Source: Camelus ferus
Lineage: Eukaryota
NCBI RefSeq assembly: GCF_009834535.1
Contig: NC_045696.1
Location: forward strand, 57,786,001-57,850,000
DNA: 64,000 nucleotides
Direction: 5' to 3'
Position numbers and translations under genes: made by a program. The notes beneath the pieces were generated by a model. The model ran no database searches and was not told where the DNA came from. It worked only from the letters and a program-made list of their open reading frames with translations. This document shows, one piece after another, positions 1 to 12,379 of this stretch. How positions within the stretch are numbered: position 1 is the stretch's first letter; each line of letters begins with the position of its first letter.

Positions 1-288
1 ACTAACCGTTGCTGCCTTGGAATGTGGAAGGGGCCACAAGCTAAGGAATGCGAGCTTCTAGGAGCTGGAAAATGCAAGGAACCAGCTGTCCCCTAGAGCT
101 TTCAGAAGGAACCAGCCCTATCAACACCTTGATTTTAGCCCAGTGAGATCTTTTTTGGACTGCTGACCTCCGGAACTGTAATAAACATAGGTAAATAAAT
201 AAATAAGTAAAGCATGATAAATTTATGTTGTCTTGAGCCACTGGGTTTATGGTAAATTTTTTTACAGCAGCAACAGGAAACTAATACA
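1..288 (+). mobile_element. MaLR LTR (MLT1-type) 3' part
   Basis: Typical MLT1 motifs (acaccttgattttagcccagtgaga; cagcaacaggaaactaataca). Confidence 0.8.
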
Positions 289-2834
289 TACAGTGTTTTT
301 ATTGTCATCTCCTTCCCTGAGCTCAGCTTTGCTCAGAGAGCAACACCTGCTCTCAATCTAGTCTCTCCTCTCCAACTAGCTCCCTCTCTGTCCTCCCAGA
401 ACAAAGTTCTGTCCCTCCAGTCTGTTTGGGGAGGTATAAACCTTGTTTCCTGAGTCTTTCTGGGCCTTGGTTTTAGATAATTAACAGCCGTGTTCTCCCA
501 ATGCATTATCTCTTAGTAGCAGAAACCTGAAAAACAGTAGCTTTGAACTAAGTAGTTTTGTTTTCCTCTTGCATAAAAGAAGTCAGAAGTTTTTGGAAAG
601 ATTCTTTAGAGTCCGTTGGCAATGGGAAATTATCTTTCTTTTGAAAATAAAAATGAATTATTTAGTTATGAAGGATTTTCACTCAAATGAAAGAACTTCC
701 TAGAAGAGTCTAAGAATTTACATCTGGAACTTAGCAGGTTAACAATCAGCATGTAACATTTCACTCTGAAAGCCCCTGTGATCATCAAAACTTTTCTAAC
801 TGTGTTAGTTTTAATTTGGGGGAAATTAGGCCTGCCCTATCTCTGTCTCCAAAAGTTGCATTTCAGGACAGTGTTATTTCTCCTCTTGGCCTGGCTAAAG
901 TCATAGAAGCTGGAGGCTGGCTCTGCACAGAGCTGGAACTTCCCCTTGCTCACCTCCTGTGTTTGACCTCATGGGTGTTGGATGAGCAACGGAACATCAG
1001 TAAGGGGTGCTGGTTAATCCCTGGAGGAGGTGGCCTGCATTGGTCTGAGCCTGGCTGGTCATTTCAGGAGTCTGTTGAAGACAGAGGCAGCTCCCAAAGG
1101 TGGGTGGAATTAGAATAGGTGGAAAGAAGTTGTTATAGTGAGATCACTGGTCTCCTGGGGACCCTGTATTTCCTGTCCCTCATCATGGAAAAGTACAAGG
1201 GGTTGGAAGAGAACTTTGAATGAACTTTGCTGTTACGCAAGAAGTGAGGTAGGAATCAGGGATAAAAGTACAGGATAGGACCAGTCATGGAAACAGAGGT
1301 ACATTCCAAGCATAGGGAGAAGAATTTTAGCTTTGATGGGAACTGCTCAGCCAGTGTCATAAGAAGTGAACCACTAAGAGCAGCCAGGCAGGGGCAGGAA
1401 ACCGGGCAGAACCAGCATGAAAGTGCAGTCTGGGAACTGGAGGAAGTGTGACCCAAGCATCAAGTGGGGCAAGGGGACCTTCTCTGCTGCTGGAATGACC
1501 ACCACATCCCTCCCTCCCCTGGGTCTTGCACTAGCGTGGAGGGAGTTTGGAGTGGAGGTCGGGTACCTGTTTACATCAAGAGCTGGACTGGAGGAAGAGG
1601 GAGCGATGGAGGTAACATCATAAGCTGCTTCCCTCTGATATTTGGACATTGGCTGTCTGGACAATCAGCTAGAGTAAGAGGCTAGAGCCAATATAAGGAA
1701 TTAACTCTGAGTTCCCAGCACAAGGAGGACAAATGCTTGAGTATAGTGAAAATAGGTAAGAGATCAAAGCCAGAGAATAATTCTCAGAGTCAGTACAGGA
1801 TTTGATCCCTGACAAAAGCATCAGGAAATGTGTTTGGAAGAATGTGTCTATCTGTCCTTCTGTCTAATGGCCTGGAGACAGATACACAATCGTTTAATAG
1901 TGACTACGTCTGGGTGTTAAAATTAGGAATGATTTCTTCTTTTAAATATTTTTCTGGGGTTTTTCCATTAATTTCTTTCCAGGAGCATGATTTATAGTAA
2001 AACAAGGAAAAATCTGTTTCTTGGATTATCCAATGTGATGATAGTATGGTCATGTTTTTTGTTTGCTCTTTTTTTTTTTTCTTTTTTTCTTTTTATTTAG
2101 AGATCATTTCACACTTACCGAAATTTTGCAAAAATAAGTAGTACAAAAACACTTGTACCCCTTCTACCCAGATTCATTTATTATTAACATTTTACCCCAT
2201 TTGCTTTGCTGTAGACACTGTGGTCATTTGACAAAACATGATGCACACTGACGTATTTATGGGGGAAATCATACACATGACATATTTATGCCTGGAATTT
2301 GCTTTAAATATCACGATGGGGGAGAAAATAAGTATTCAGGGAGAAAGATAAGAAAGAAGAGAAGAAAGTTAATGGTTGTTGGAGCTGGGTGATAGGTACA
2401 TGAGGCTTCATTTTTCTATTCTTCCTATTTTTTGTGTTTCTCAAATTTCCATAATAAAAATTAATGTTAAAAACCAGCCAAAGGATAAAAAAGAATTCAC
2501 CAGTCAAAAGATTTCAGTAATTTGAATGGGAGAAGTCAGTCCATCAAACACACAAACAAAAAGAACCTGAAAGTCTGCCAAGCAGCTAAAATTTTAATTG
2601 AAAAGCAAAAAAATAAATAAATAAATAAATGTAAGACCTTTATAACAGGGTTCAGAAAACAACTCTTTAGAGCATATCAGAAAGGCCTTCTTGGAACTTG
2701 GTGAAAGACAATTCTTCCGGATTTCATGTGATCTATTATGATCTTATCCTTGGATGAACCTGCTGTGGGCTGGTTCAAGTTTTCTGGATTGTCCTTGAGC
2801 AACAGGTTTAACAGATCCCTCTTCATTTTTGTGC

Positions 2835-3131
2835 TAGTAATTTTTCTTTTTTTTTCAACATTTTTTATTTATTTATAATCATTTTACAATGTTGTGTCAA
2901 ATTCCAGTGTAGAACACAATTTTTCAGTTATACATGAACATATATATATTCATTGTCACATTTTTTTCTCTGTGAGCTACCATAAGATCTTGTATATATT
3001 TCCCTGTGCTATACAGTATAATCTTGTTTATCTATTCTGCAATTTTGAAATCCCAGTCTATCTCTCACAGACATAGAATACAAACTTGTGGTTGCCAAGG
3101 GGGCAGGGGGAGAGATAGTAATTTTTCTTTT
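2835..3131 (-). mobile_element. Short young L1 3' end with inverted 5' segment
   Basis: 16-bp TSD TAGTAATTTTTCTTTT at 2835-2850 and 3116-3131; poly(A) on -; segment 3063-3115 in opposite orientation. Confidence 0.85.
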
Positions 3132-4613
3132 ATGTGTAGATTCCCAAAGAAAGAAGCCAACAGGCAGCAAAATTAATTAGTACCCACGTGTTCTGGCTGC
3201 ATGAGACCCCCTGGCCATGTGCAGGTAGGCCTGCACCCAAGGGACAACAGACACACTGCTGAGGGCCTGCAATGCAAACAGGAGAGTCCAGATGCCCAGC
3301 ACCCAGGGGATGGCTGAGGAAATTACTCTTATGAGCCCATTGCAGGACAGTCCACTCACAAACATCAGATATGACAGGCATGTGCACGCGGTCAAAGCAT
3401 GTAATCAAGTTTAGAAGTGATGTTAAGGGGGAGGGCAAGACACAGAATACTATGTCCACATGGAATAACATGAATGAAGTTTCATTGAAAAGGATACAGG
3501 GGGAAGATGGGAGGAAAACAATGCACTGTTTGCTTCTTTCTTTTGTAAAGTCACATAGCTTCATTGACATGACACTGGTGGGAGTGAAGGGGAGAGAAAG
3601 AGGAAGAAACACAGTCTTACCTGAGGCACTTGGCTAATAAAGCCAAGATTACAATGGACAGTAGATTGGAAGAAATCACTCATAGACCAAATCCACCCGA
3701 AGTCTTGACTGGATAGGTAATGGACAGAGTGACTCCATTTCCCTACACTCTGGCCAATAGTAAGTGATCTTAGATAAGGTAGAAGGTAAAACATTCAAAG
3801 AATAATTTTTAAAATCACTTTGCTATACAGATGTGGGAAGTAAACTGAAAACTAATTATGAAACAAAATGTTGTTAGTATTCCTCAGTGTCTCCAACCAG
3901 CTTCTTAACCCTCCTCCCCTCCCCCAGGATGCCAGTGAAGGCACCAGCCATCTCTGCCCTGGACTTCCACAACTGTGACCATCATACTGAATAAGTGAGA
4001 CTCCAGAACCTCACTTTTAGTAAAGTGTTAAGTCTTGGCAGTACACGAGTCTGGGTGTCAACAGCACGATCTACCTCAGATCTGATTTGAACAGATAACC
4101 CTGGAGATGCGTGTGACCCTCACCTACGTTTTTGGACTCTTCCCGCACCTCGAAGTAACAGAAGAAGATAACTAGAATTTTAGATGTTGAACTGAAGTGA
4201 TTTATGTGATTTAAGCTATTTGGATTCTCTTAATTAGAGTCAAAGAAAAAACAACTCCCTTATCAAAATCAAACAAAACCAGTAAGTGAAGCAATCCGAC
4301 TTCAGATGTATCAGATAAGGCAGTATTTTAAATACAGAAAATTTTAATTAAATTGGCATATTTAAGACTGAAAAGATAAAGTGGGCACAAACCAGCACTA
4401 TCCTCAAGAACCAAATTGTGGATCTACCTGGTTATCAGAGTGTAATTTTGTAATAAAATCCTTCTAATGCCTCTTTTATTAAATTCTCTGGAATAGGGTT
4501 TGACATAGGATCACCTTTTACTAAATTTCAATGCAAAACAAATAAACGTATAAGGTTGTAGGGTATTAAAAGGACCCATGTGAGTAACTAACAAATCTTT
4601 GTCAGGTCACTTC

Positions 4614-5321
4614 CTGTTGGAGGCAGAATAAAGGCCCCCAGTGATGTCTATGACATAATCCCCAGATCCTGTGAATATGTTATGTTCTGTGGCAAGGGAG
4701 AATTAGGTTGTATATGCAATTAAAATTGCTAATCAGCTGACACTGAGGTAGGAAGAGTACCCTGAATTATTCATATGGACCCAATGTAATCACAAGGGTT
4801 CTTATAAATGAAAGAGAGAAACAGGAAAGTCGGGGTCAGAGTCAGAGGTTTGAAAATACTACTCTGTATAAAATAAATAAGCTACAAGTGTATGCTGTAC
4901 AGCACAAGGAATAAAGTCAATATTTTATAATAACTTTAAATGGAGTATAATCTACAAAATTATTGAATCACTATGTTGTACACCTGAAACTAATATAATA
5001 TTGTAAATCAACTATGCTTCAACTAAAAAAAAAAAACACTATGTATAATTTTTTTTTTAAGAGAGAGCTTTGAAGATGCTATGCTCCGGCTTTGAAGATG
5101 GAGGAAGAGAACATAAGCCAAGGAATGTAGGTGACCTTTAGAAGCTGGGAAATGTGAGAAGTTTCCCTTAGGGTCTCCAGGAAGGAATGCAGCCCTGCCA
5201 ACACCTTGCTTTTAGCCCTTTTTGGACTTCTGACCTCCAGAACTGCAAAATAACAATTTGTGTTGTTTGAAGCCACTATAGTTGGAGTAACTTATTACAG
5301 TGGCAATAGGAAACCATTACA
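4614..5321 (+). mobile_element. MLT1-type LTR with nested L1 3' end (~4861-5075)
   Basis: MLT1 5' and 3' motifs flank an L1 3'UTR tail. Confidence 0.75.
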
Positions 5322-6721
5322 CTTAACTTTTCTAATCTGTCAGTGGGGGGTGGGCTTTCCTGCTCCAGCATTCTAGGTTGCAAGTTCCTCCAGAACCATG
5401 AAAGAATCAGTCTTGCAAATGATTTTGTGGCTTCAAATCACTGCAACTTCTGAAAACTTTCACGTGGCAATAGGAATTGGTTGTCATAAAGTTAATTTGA
5501 CAATATGCTCTTAGAATTGAATGACACTACAAGGAAAAGTCAGGCAAAAGTCCTGGTTACTTCAAAAAGTCAATGTAATTTTTTAAAGGCCTTTCTAGAT
5601 TATAAAATTCTAATTAGTAACCAAAAGTAATGAGTGAAACTTGAATTTGAGGGAAATTTGGGAAATGAGAATATGGATTGGTTATTAGATGAAATTAAAG
5701 AAGTATTGTTAATTTTCTTAGGGATGGCAATGTAGTTATATAGAAGAATGTCCTTATACTTGGGGGATGCCAGATGAACTGTTTAGAAGTAAATGGTCAT
5801 AATATCTGCAACTTACTTTTAAATGTTTCACAAAAAAAAATAGATACATTAAAATATATGGCAAAAATATTAATTGTTTAATCTGAGTGGTAGCATGGGG
5901 TGTTTATTGCACTATTTTTCTGAATGTTTAGAAAATTTTTAATAAAAGTTAGATATTTATTTTTATACATTTAAACTTTATGTTTGTTGAGCTATTAGCT
6001 CAAAACTTTACATTTTAGCTTAAATGCTCTCTGTGCATAGAACTTTCCTCCTAAAATTTTTTTAAGAACTCAGATTTGTGGCTAGAATGTGGCAAGATAA
6101 GTACCAACATATGTAAAATAGTTTAAATGAGTTTCCAGTTAGAAAGCTGATGGGAAAAAAAGTGATGTCATTCTATGAATCAGTGGAAAGTTACTGCTCT
6201 CTAATTGAAGAAAGTAACCTGGTGGACTGGGGATTTTTGGTCTCAGCAGGTCAGAGATTTCATTTCTTGATTTTGCCAACAGAAGGAATAAAAGTGAAAC
6301 TCTGAAAATAAGAAATGAAAACCTATGGACAAGTAAAAAAAGGCAGGCACAAAAATTATTCCCTGAACCCCAACATTCTGGAACCAGTGGCAGAAAGAAA
6401 TTGGAAGAAATTTGTGTTACCCAGTTTCCTATGGACATATTACTAGAAGAGAACATCAGAAGGAATTAAAGAATTGCATTCTAGTCAGTCCATAGATAAG
6501 AGAATTAGCTAACAATAGAAAGAAAAACACATTTTTTATAGTTTAACTATATATGATTGGTCAATACTGATTTCCGATAAAACAATACATAATAATTTAA
6601 AGTTTTTATTTAAACATGCAAATAATCTTCATTTTTATTTGAAAAATATACAGGTAAAATCTACAATGAATTTAAGAAGAAAATTGAAATTTGAGCTCGT
6701 GAATGGCATATCCAAGATATC

Positions 6722-6740
6722 TGCTACCACCTAGTGGACA
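6722..6740 (-). promoter_or_regulatory. Candidate CTCF site
   Basis: Minus strand reads TGTCCACTAGGTGGTAGCA, a close match to the CTCF core CCACYAGRKGGCRS. Confidence 0.55.
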
Positions 6741-6818
6741 ATAGTTGAATTACAGGAAAAGCTTGCAGTGAGCTGGTTAAGGGGAAACTAATTCAAAATT
6801 CAAAATTCTGGTTCTCTG

Positions 6819-7645
6819 GAGAAGAAAGCTCGCGAAAGAGAGACATCGGGTCAACAAGGAAGCTGAGTCCACTCAACTAGAAAAGAAGCAAAGCCATCAT
6901 GGCTTCAGTGTCTACTCATGGAAACCAAAACAAAGGTCCCCATTTGCCACCACCAAGCAAGCAGTCTGTTGTTTTGTCCAAAATCGAAACTGCACATCCA
7001 CAGAGCAGAGATTTCAAAGATTATCCAGGAATGTCAAGAAGAAAGTTTCTGGAAGAGAGCTCTGCCTTTTTCTCTCATAAGCATGCTTGTCACCCAAGGA
7101 CTGGTCCACCAAGGTTATTTAGCAGCTAATCCAAGATTTGGATCATTGCCTAAAGTCGCACTTGTTTCTGTCTTGGGATTTGGCCTTGGAACGGCATCGT
7201 ACATAAGAGAATGCCAGAGTAAATTCCACTCCTTTGAAGATCAGCTGCGTGGGGCTGATTTTGGTCCAGCACATAACAGGCACTGCCTGCTTACCTGTGA
7301 GGAATGCAAAATAAAGCATGGATTAAGTGAGGAGGGACGTTCACAACCTTCGGCTTCCTAAACTCTGTGGCTGTGGCTTTTGAAGTTTCTAAAAACCTCT
7401 GAATTTGTACACATTTAAAATTTCAAGTGTGCTTTAAAATAACATACTTATAGTGGAACAGAAACATTCTGATTTTTCTCACTCTATTGAAATGCTTTCA
7501 GTGTTAATTCTCAATTGACTTGAGCATTACATGTTTTTCTGCTACTTAAGATCATGTTGGGAGCATTCACACACCAAAAGAAATAATGTCGCACTCTTGC
7601 TTGCTTACAGCTAATTAAAAGAATTAAGAGACGTAAAACAAAGAA
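6819..7645 (+). pseudogene. OCIAD2: Processed retrocopy of OCIAD2 (5'UTR, CDS 6899-7361 with one frameshift at ~6964, 3'UTR, poly(A) remnant)
   Basis: Intronless. ORFs 6899 (MASVSTHGNQ...PPPSKQ) and 6918-7361 (LLFCPKSKLHIHRAEISKI...QPSAS) join into OCIAD2. ATTAAA at 7614-7619, A-rich tail, identical 17-bp TSD AAAATTCTGGTTCTCTG at 6802-6818 and 7646-7662. Confidence 0.95.
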
Positions 7646-9599
7646 AAAATTCTGGTTCTCTGAAAAACTAACAAAAATCAAACGAAATCAACCAAATACT
7701 AAATGACAAAAGAAAAATAACCATCAAAACAGAATTTTTAAAGTCATAAGCAACTACTTTGCACATCACTATGCAAATACATTTGAAAAATTAGATGAAA
7801 TGGATAATTTTCTACTATAATACAGTCTATCAGAATTGACTCCAACTGAGATCAAAAGCTTAAGAAGACTGATGTCCAACTGTTCAATTGAAAAAAAAAG
7901 GTACTCAGGTGGAATAAACATCTGAAGCAAGACTATAATTTTCTTTTAAAATTATTTGAAATTGATTGTAATAAACATGAACAAATTCAACAGGAAAAAA
8001 AAAAGACAGATGTCCATATAAAAAATAGAGACATTTACTCACAAAAAAGGCACCAGACTCAGTTTCAAAGGGAAATTCTATCACATCTTCCAAGACCAGA
8101 TAGTCCTAATACAACATTAATCTAGAGATGAGAAAAAGTCCACATTCTTTTCATGAATTAAAGAATAACGTTGATCCCTAAACCCAACAAAAATGATACA
8201 AAGAAAATGACAGAGCAATATCACTTACGTACATTGATGAAAAAATCCAAAATAAAATATTAGTAAACAGGACTCAGTACCACATTAAGGAAATAATACA
8301 CCATATCCAATGGATTTATTTCAGGAATACAAGGGTGGTTTATTATTAGAAAATAAATTACTATAATTCACCATATTAATAGATCTAAGTAGAAAAATCA
8401 CGTGACGATCTCCATAAAGGCTGAAAATATATTTGACAAAAATTAACACCTATTTTTGATGTAAAAAAGCACTCAAGAATATAGGAATTAATGGATATTT
8501 CCTTACTGTAATAAAATGTATACACTGCAGTCCTAAAGCCAGGATCTTACAGATGACTTAATAGTGTATCTATAGATCTTAGAGAATTCATAATAAAACT
8601 AACCATGCAATAAGAGTTCTAAGGTTAGCAGGAGATAAAGCTAACATAGAAATCAATAGCATTTTTGGTGCACTAACAATAACCAGTTAGAAAATATAAT
8701 AGAAGAAAAAGCCCTATTTACAATAGCAACCAAAAAAAGGCAAATTCTAAGGAATAAACGTAACAAAAACTGCAAAATCAACGTGAAGAAAACTTTAAAA
8801 CACTCTTCAAAGTAGGCTTGAACAAAAGGAAAGACATTCATGTTCTTAAATACAGTCACATTAGAAAGCTGTCTGTTCTTCCCAAGTTAATTTATAAATT
8901 AAATAAGATTCTAAAGTTCATATAAGAAAAAACATGAAAGAATATCTTTTTTTAAAAAACTTGAAAAAGAAGAACTATAAGATAAAAGCAGTACTCTGTA
9001 CCAGATATTAAAATATAGAACATCTATAATTAAAGTTTGATATTGGTACATGAATAGACAGACAGATCTATGAACTCCAGAATTAAACTTAAGTATATAT
9101 GGAAATTCAGAATGTGATAAAGGAAGCATCTAAAAACCACTGGGGCAAATATATGATATTTGAGGACAATTAGAGAACCATTTTGAAAAAGATCAAATTG
9201 GATTATACCTCAAACCATACACAAGGATAATCTCCAAATGCATCAGTTCTAAATGTAAAAAATAAAAAATACAATCATAAAAATACTAGAAGAAATATAT
9301 GGTGGATTCCTTTACAAACTGAATGTGGGAAAAGGCTATGACTTGAAATCCAGATTCAATAAAAGGAAATACTGATACAGTTGACTACATAAAAATTAAA
9401 AATTGTCACATCACAAAAAAGAACACCAAAAGTAAAGTCCAATGGCAAATCACTAACTGAGGGGAAAACATTTGCAACATGTATCACAGATAACGGGCAA
9501 TATCCCTAATATATAAATTATTTTTAAAAACCATAGGAAACAAGGACAAAAAAAAAACCAATATAAAAATAGGCAAAAGATATGAACACACAATTCCCT

Positions 9600-11141
9600 T
9601 ATTGTGAGAGAAGAAAAAGTCTGTGAAGATGAGCAGGCTCTTGTCCTGACGGTTTGTAAACAGAGCTACAGAGGCCACCAACTTCTCTTTTAATAAAACG
9701 GTAAACACCGGGAAGCTGCAAGGGCTTTTAATATCAGGTGTTTCAAACACCTCTGAGTGGTACTTAACTGAAAACAGCATAATGAGTTAGAAAGCTGTGA
9801 TACAGTCTAACAACAGGGTCAGTTTTTATCAATGGTTAATGACAGCTGAAGCCTTGAAGATAGCACCAAATTGTACTTAACGATTTTGGATTTCTTTACA
9901 TGTGGCTTTAAAAGTGACTAAGGAAGTATGCATGCTTCTCTGAAAAACAAAGCAAAAACAAAACTCTATTTTTATTTCTAACAACTGAGTAGACATTGTT
10001 ATGATCTCTTTAACCAATGATTCACTGTTAAATGGTTGGAATATAAGGTCAGCTCCAACCATGAATCTCTGCGATACTACAATAATACATTCTCTGTTCC
10101 CTCAGCTGGGCACGCATAACCAAAGTGCCACTGGGCACTTGCTGGCAATAGATCCTAATTGTCCATAAAGTTCTTAAATGGTAATAAACAGCCTGCTAAT
10201 GGATTTGGAAACTAATTTATAAAGACATTTCATGCAGGTCACAAGATGCTTTAGTTGGAAAAGTTAGCAAAATCCTGAATATCCTTTAAAAGGGCATTAG
10301 AAGCAAAGCAAAAACATATTTCTCTTTATTAAAGATAATTGTGGATATAGTCTGGAACATTCCATTAGACGAGATCTTTGGAGCTAGGAAAGGTCCAAAG
10401 GGAGACTCGAACTGCTCACATAGTAATGAGAACCAAAAGGATACAGACTGAAAAAAAAGATCATGAATAATACTTCTTACTGTTTAGCCTTCTGCTCTTG
10501 AGCGAGCCAGTTACTCTGTCAGAGCTTCAGTTTCTTTGCCTGAACCCTGAGTTAGATCAAGGGTCAGCAAATTTCCTGTATAGCATCAGATAATAAATGT
10601 TCTAAGCTTTGTGGGCCACACATTGTCACAACCAGTCAACTCTGTCATTGTAGCAAAAAAGCAGCAATAGACAATACATAGAAGAATCAACATGGCTGTG
10701 TTCTGATAAAACTTTATTTATGGACTCTGAAATTTGAATTTTACATAGTTTTCACATGTCACAAAATATTACTCTTCTTTTGAATTTTTTTTTCAACTGT
10801 AATTTGCTGCCTCTGGGCTGGATGGTCCCTAAGCTCCTTTCCAGCCCCATGTCTCTGTTGATTTAATTGCCATGGATTCTCTACTCACCTGTCCCTGGGA
10901 TTACACTTCTTTTACACCTTCTTGTACTCTGTTTTACAGCATAAAGCAGTTTCTGAAGCTCCATTTACTCACATATCATTAGATAAGAATTATAAAGATG
11001 TCACATCATACGTAGCTCACAATATTTTAAAAGTGGTTATCTTTGATCTTCTAAACGTATGTACAAAAATGGGTTTTCAAACTTCACACATCCTTCCTCT
11101 CCCCTCACCACAAAGAGATTCCCAGGTTTGTCCTCGTGCAT
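9600..11141 (-). pseudogene. Class C GPCR relic: last exon (end of cysteine-rich domain + 7TM), split by a MIR/MER58 insertion
   Basis: Acceptor cag|AT GCA (phase-1 D-A, as in the CASR last exon). Collinear motifs: GCVKFENPFL (11064-11093), ILL/FSLLC (10418-10432), RILLTF (10259-10276), KCLY (10219-10230), ALWL, DLIFQPFNSESL, CFCFVF (9943-9960), VKYHSEVFE (9742-9768). Many stops and frameshifts. Confidence 0.85.
10475..10860 (+). mobile_element. MIR with nested MER58-type hAT element (10558-10815)
   Basis: MIR core and tail halves flank an element with cagggg/gcaaa-like inverted termini and the MER58 body (aaaactttatttatggac). Confidence 0.7.
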
Positions 11142-11212
11142 CTGAGAATAACTGCCTGACAGTTGCTTAAACTCGAAAACTCCCAGAGGGAAAGCCCCTC
11201 AGAAACCCTCAC

Positions 11213-11364
11213 TTCTCCTTTCCACTGGCAAAACATCAGTTTTCCACAAGCCCTGATGTAAGTGAGGATGGCCAATTCAAGTTTACTGCGCAGAACAGCG
11301 AGTTCCAGGTAAGACTCTGACTTGACTTCCTCTCAGTCCTTTCTTTCTTCCTCTTGGTCAGAAT
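11213..11364 (-). pseudogene. Class C GPCR relic: cysteine-rich-domain exon
   Basis: Pyrimidine tract + CAG acceptor; SQS[C]LPGTR (11298-11312) then IGHP, compare CASR SRDCLAGTRKGIIEGEP; GTGAG donor at 11212. Confidence 0.7.
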
Positions 11365-12092
11365 CTGCAGGACGAGAGGGAACAAGGGTCTCTGCACTTG
11401 CCCTTCTCCCCTGTTCACCTAAGACCATAGACGAGATCTGATCAGCTTGATGGCCACTTAACTGGTTATAACTGCTGCAAGAATGAAACGTGGGGCACCT
11501 ACAGTCATGGTCCCTCTGCATAAAATGCCTCTAAATTGTAGAGCAGGAGAGAAAAAAGTTAGCTGCTTTTAAACTCCTACCTGGTGACAAGCAGCCTTAA
11601 AACTTCTCCTAGAAGGACGTAGGGGTTCTAAAATGGCCTGTCTCCATAATGAATTCTTTCTCTGTTAAGGAGCCTCATCAGAAAAGATGCCCTGGGGTGT
11701 GAACATTGAGTGCCCACAGTGAGCCAGCAGCATTGGGTCACATTGTCTTTTGTGTGACCTGTCCACCCTGTGAAGTCCATGCAGGCTCTTAGCACCCTTG
11801 GGGCACATGAGGAATCGGGGCCTGGAGGGTTAACCCAGTTACCCAAGGAGGAGCTAGGATTCTATTTCAAACCTGCCTAGAAAAGCAGTTATCCATTCAT
11901 TCTGTCTATGTCTCTCTGCCATATCTGTCTGTCTGTCTAGCTATCCATGTCCCTATCTATCTCCTCTCCACATCTGCTCCCTGGAAAGCACTAGATAACT
12001 TATGTTTGAATAATTAAAGTCCCCTGGGAGTTATCTGGCCAATCAAAGCAGGTTAAAAGGCTCCAAAGAGACGTTGCCCACTGGGAACTTAC

Positions 12093-12293
12093 CAGATGAT
12101 ACAATCTGCAGCGTTCTCTATCCAGTCCTCATCATAAACCCAGTTATGAGAAGTGTTATTTTTGCAGGATAGCCAGAGGGAGTACAGCTCAGGCTCTTAA
12201 TACTCCAAGTTTGACTCTTAGATCAAAACATTAGAGACCCTGATAAGCCACTATTTGATTTTACTGAATTGTAAAACATGTGACCTCATTAAC
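12093..12293 (-). pseudogene. Class C GPCR relic: distal Venus-flytrap exon
   Basis: CAG acceptor, 201 nt, CFD..., YSLWLS (12167-12184, compare YSIINWHLS), terminal IIW (compare ILW), GTAAGT at 12092. Confidence 0.7.
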
Positions 12294-12379
12294 CTGCACT
12301 GAAAATTAATATAAAAAACTAAGTATACTTTAATAGTTCTAAAGCAAATTCTAAAGCTTCTAATTATTAATTAATTCTT

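Larger units (their letters stand above)
6000..9597 (+). mobile_element. Old L1 (L1M-type) ORF1/ORF2 remnants hosting the OCIAD2 retrocopy
   Basis: A-rich degenerate L1 ORF2 sequence; the retrocopy TSD lies in the 'SWFFEK'-like L1 segment. Left boundary uncertain. Confidence 0.7.

Noticed and set aside
9940..9970. Strong-looking - strand splice acceptor suggesting a separate terminal exon
   Set aside because: The T-rich tract is explained by the Phe/Cys codons of the TM5 remnant.
9930..10120. Apparent Venus-flytrap-like motif (HGWS*...CFSEK) on -
   Set aside because: The neighbouring frame aligns better, and collinearly, with 7TM helices 4-5; treated as a chance resemblance.
11306..11314. 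+ strand donor CAG|GTAAGA
   Set aside because: It is the antisense of the LPG codons of the cysteine-rich exon; no partner exon found.
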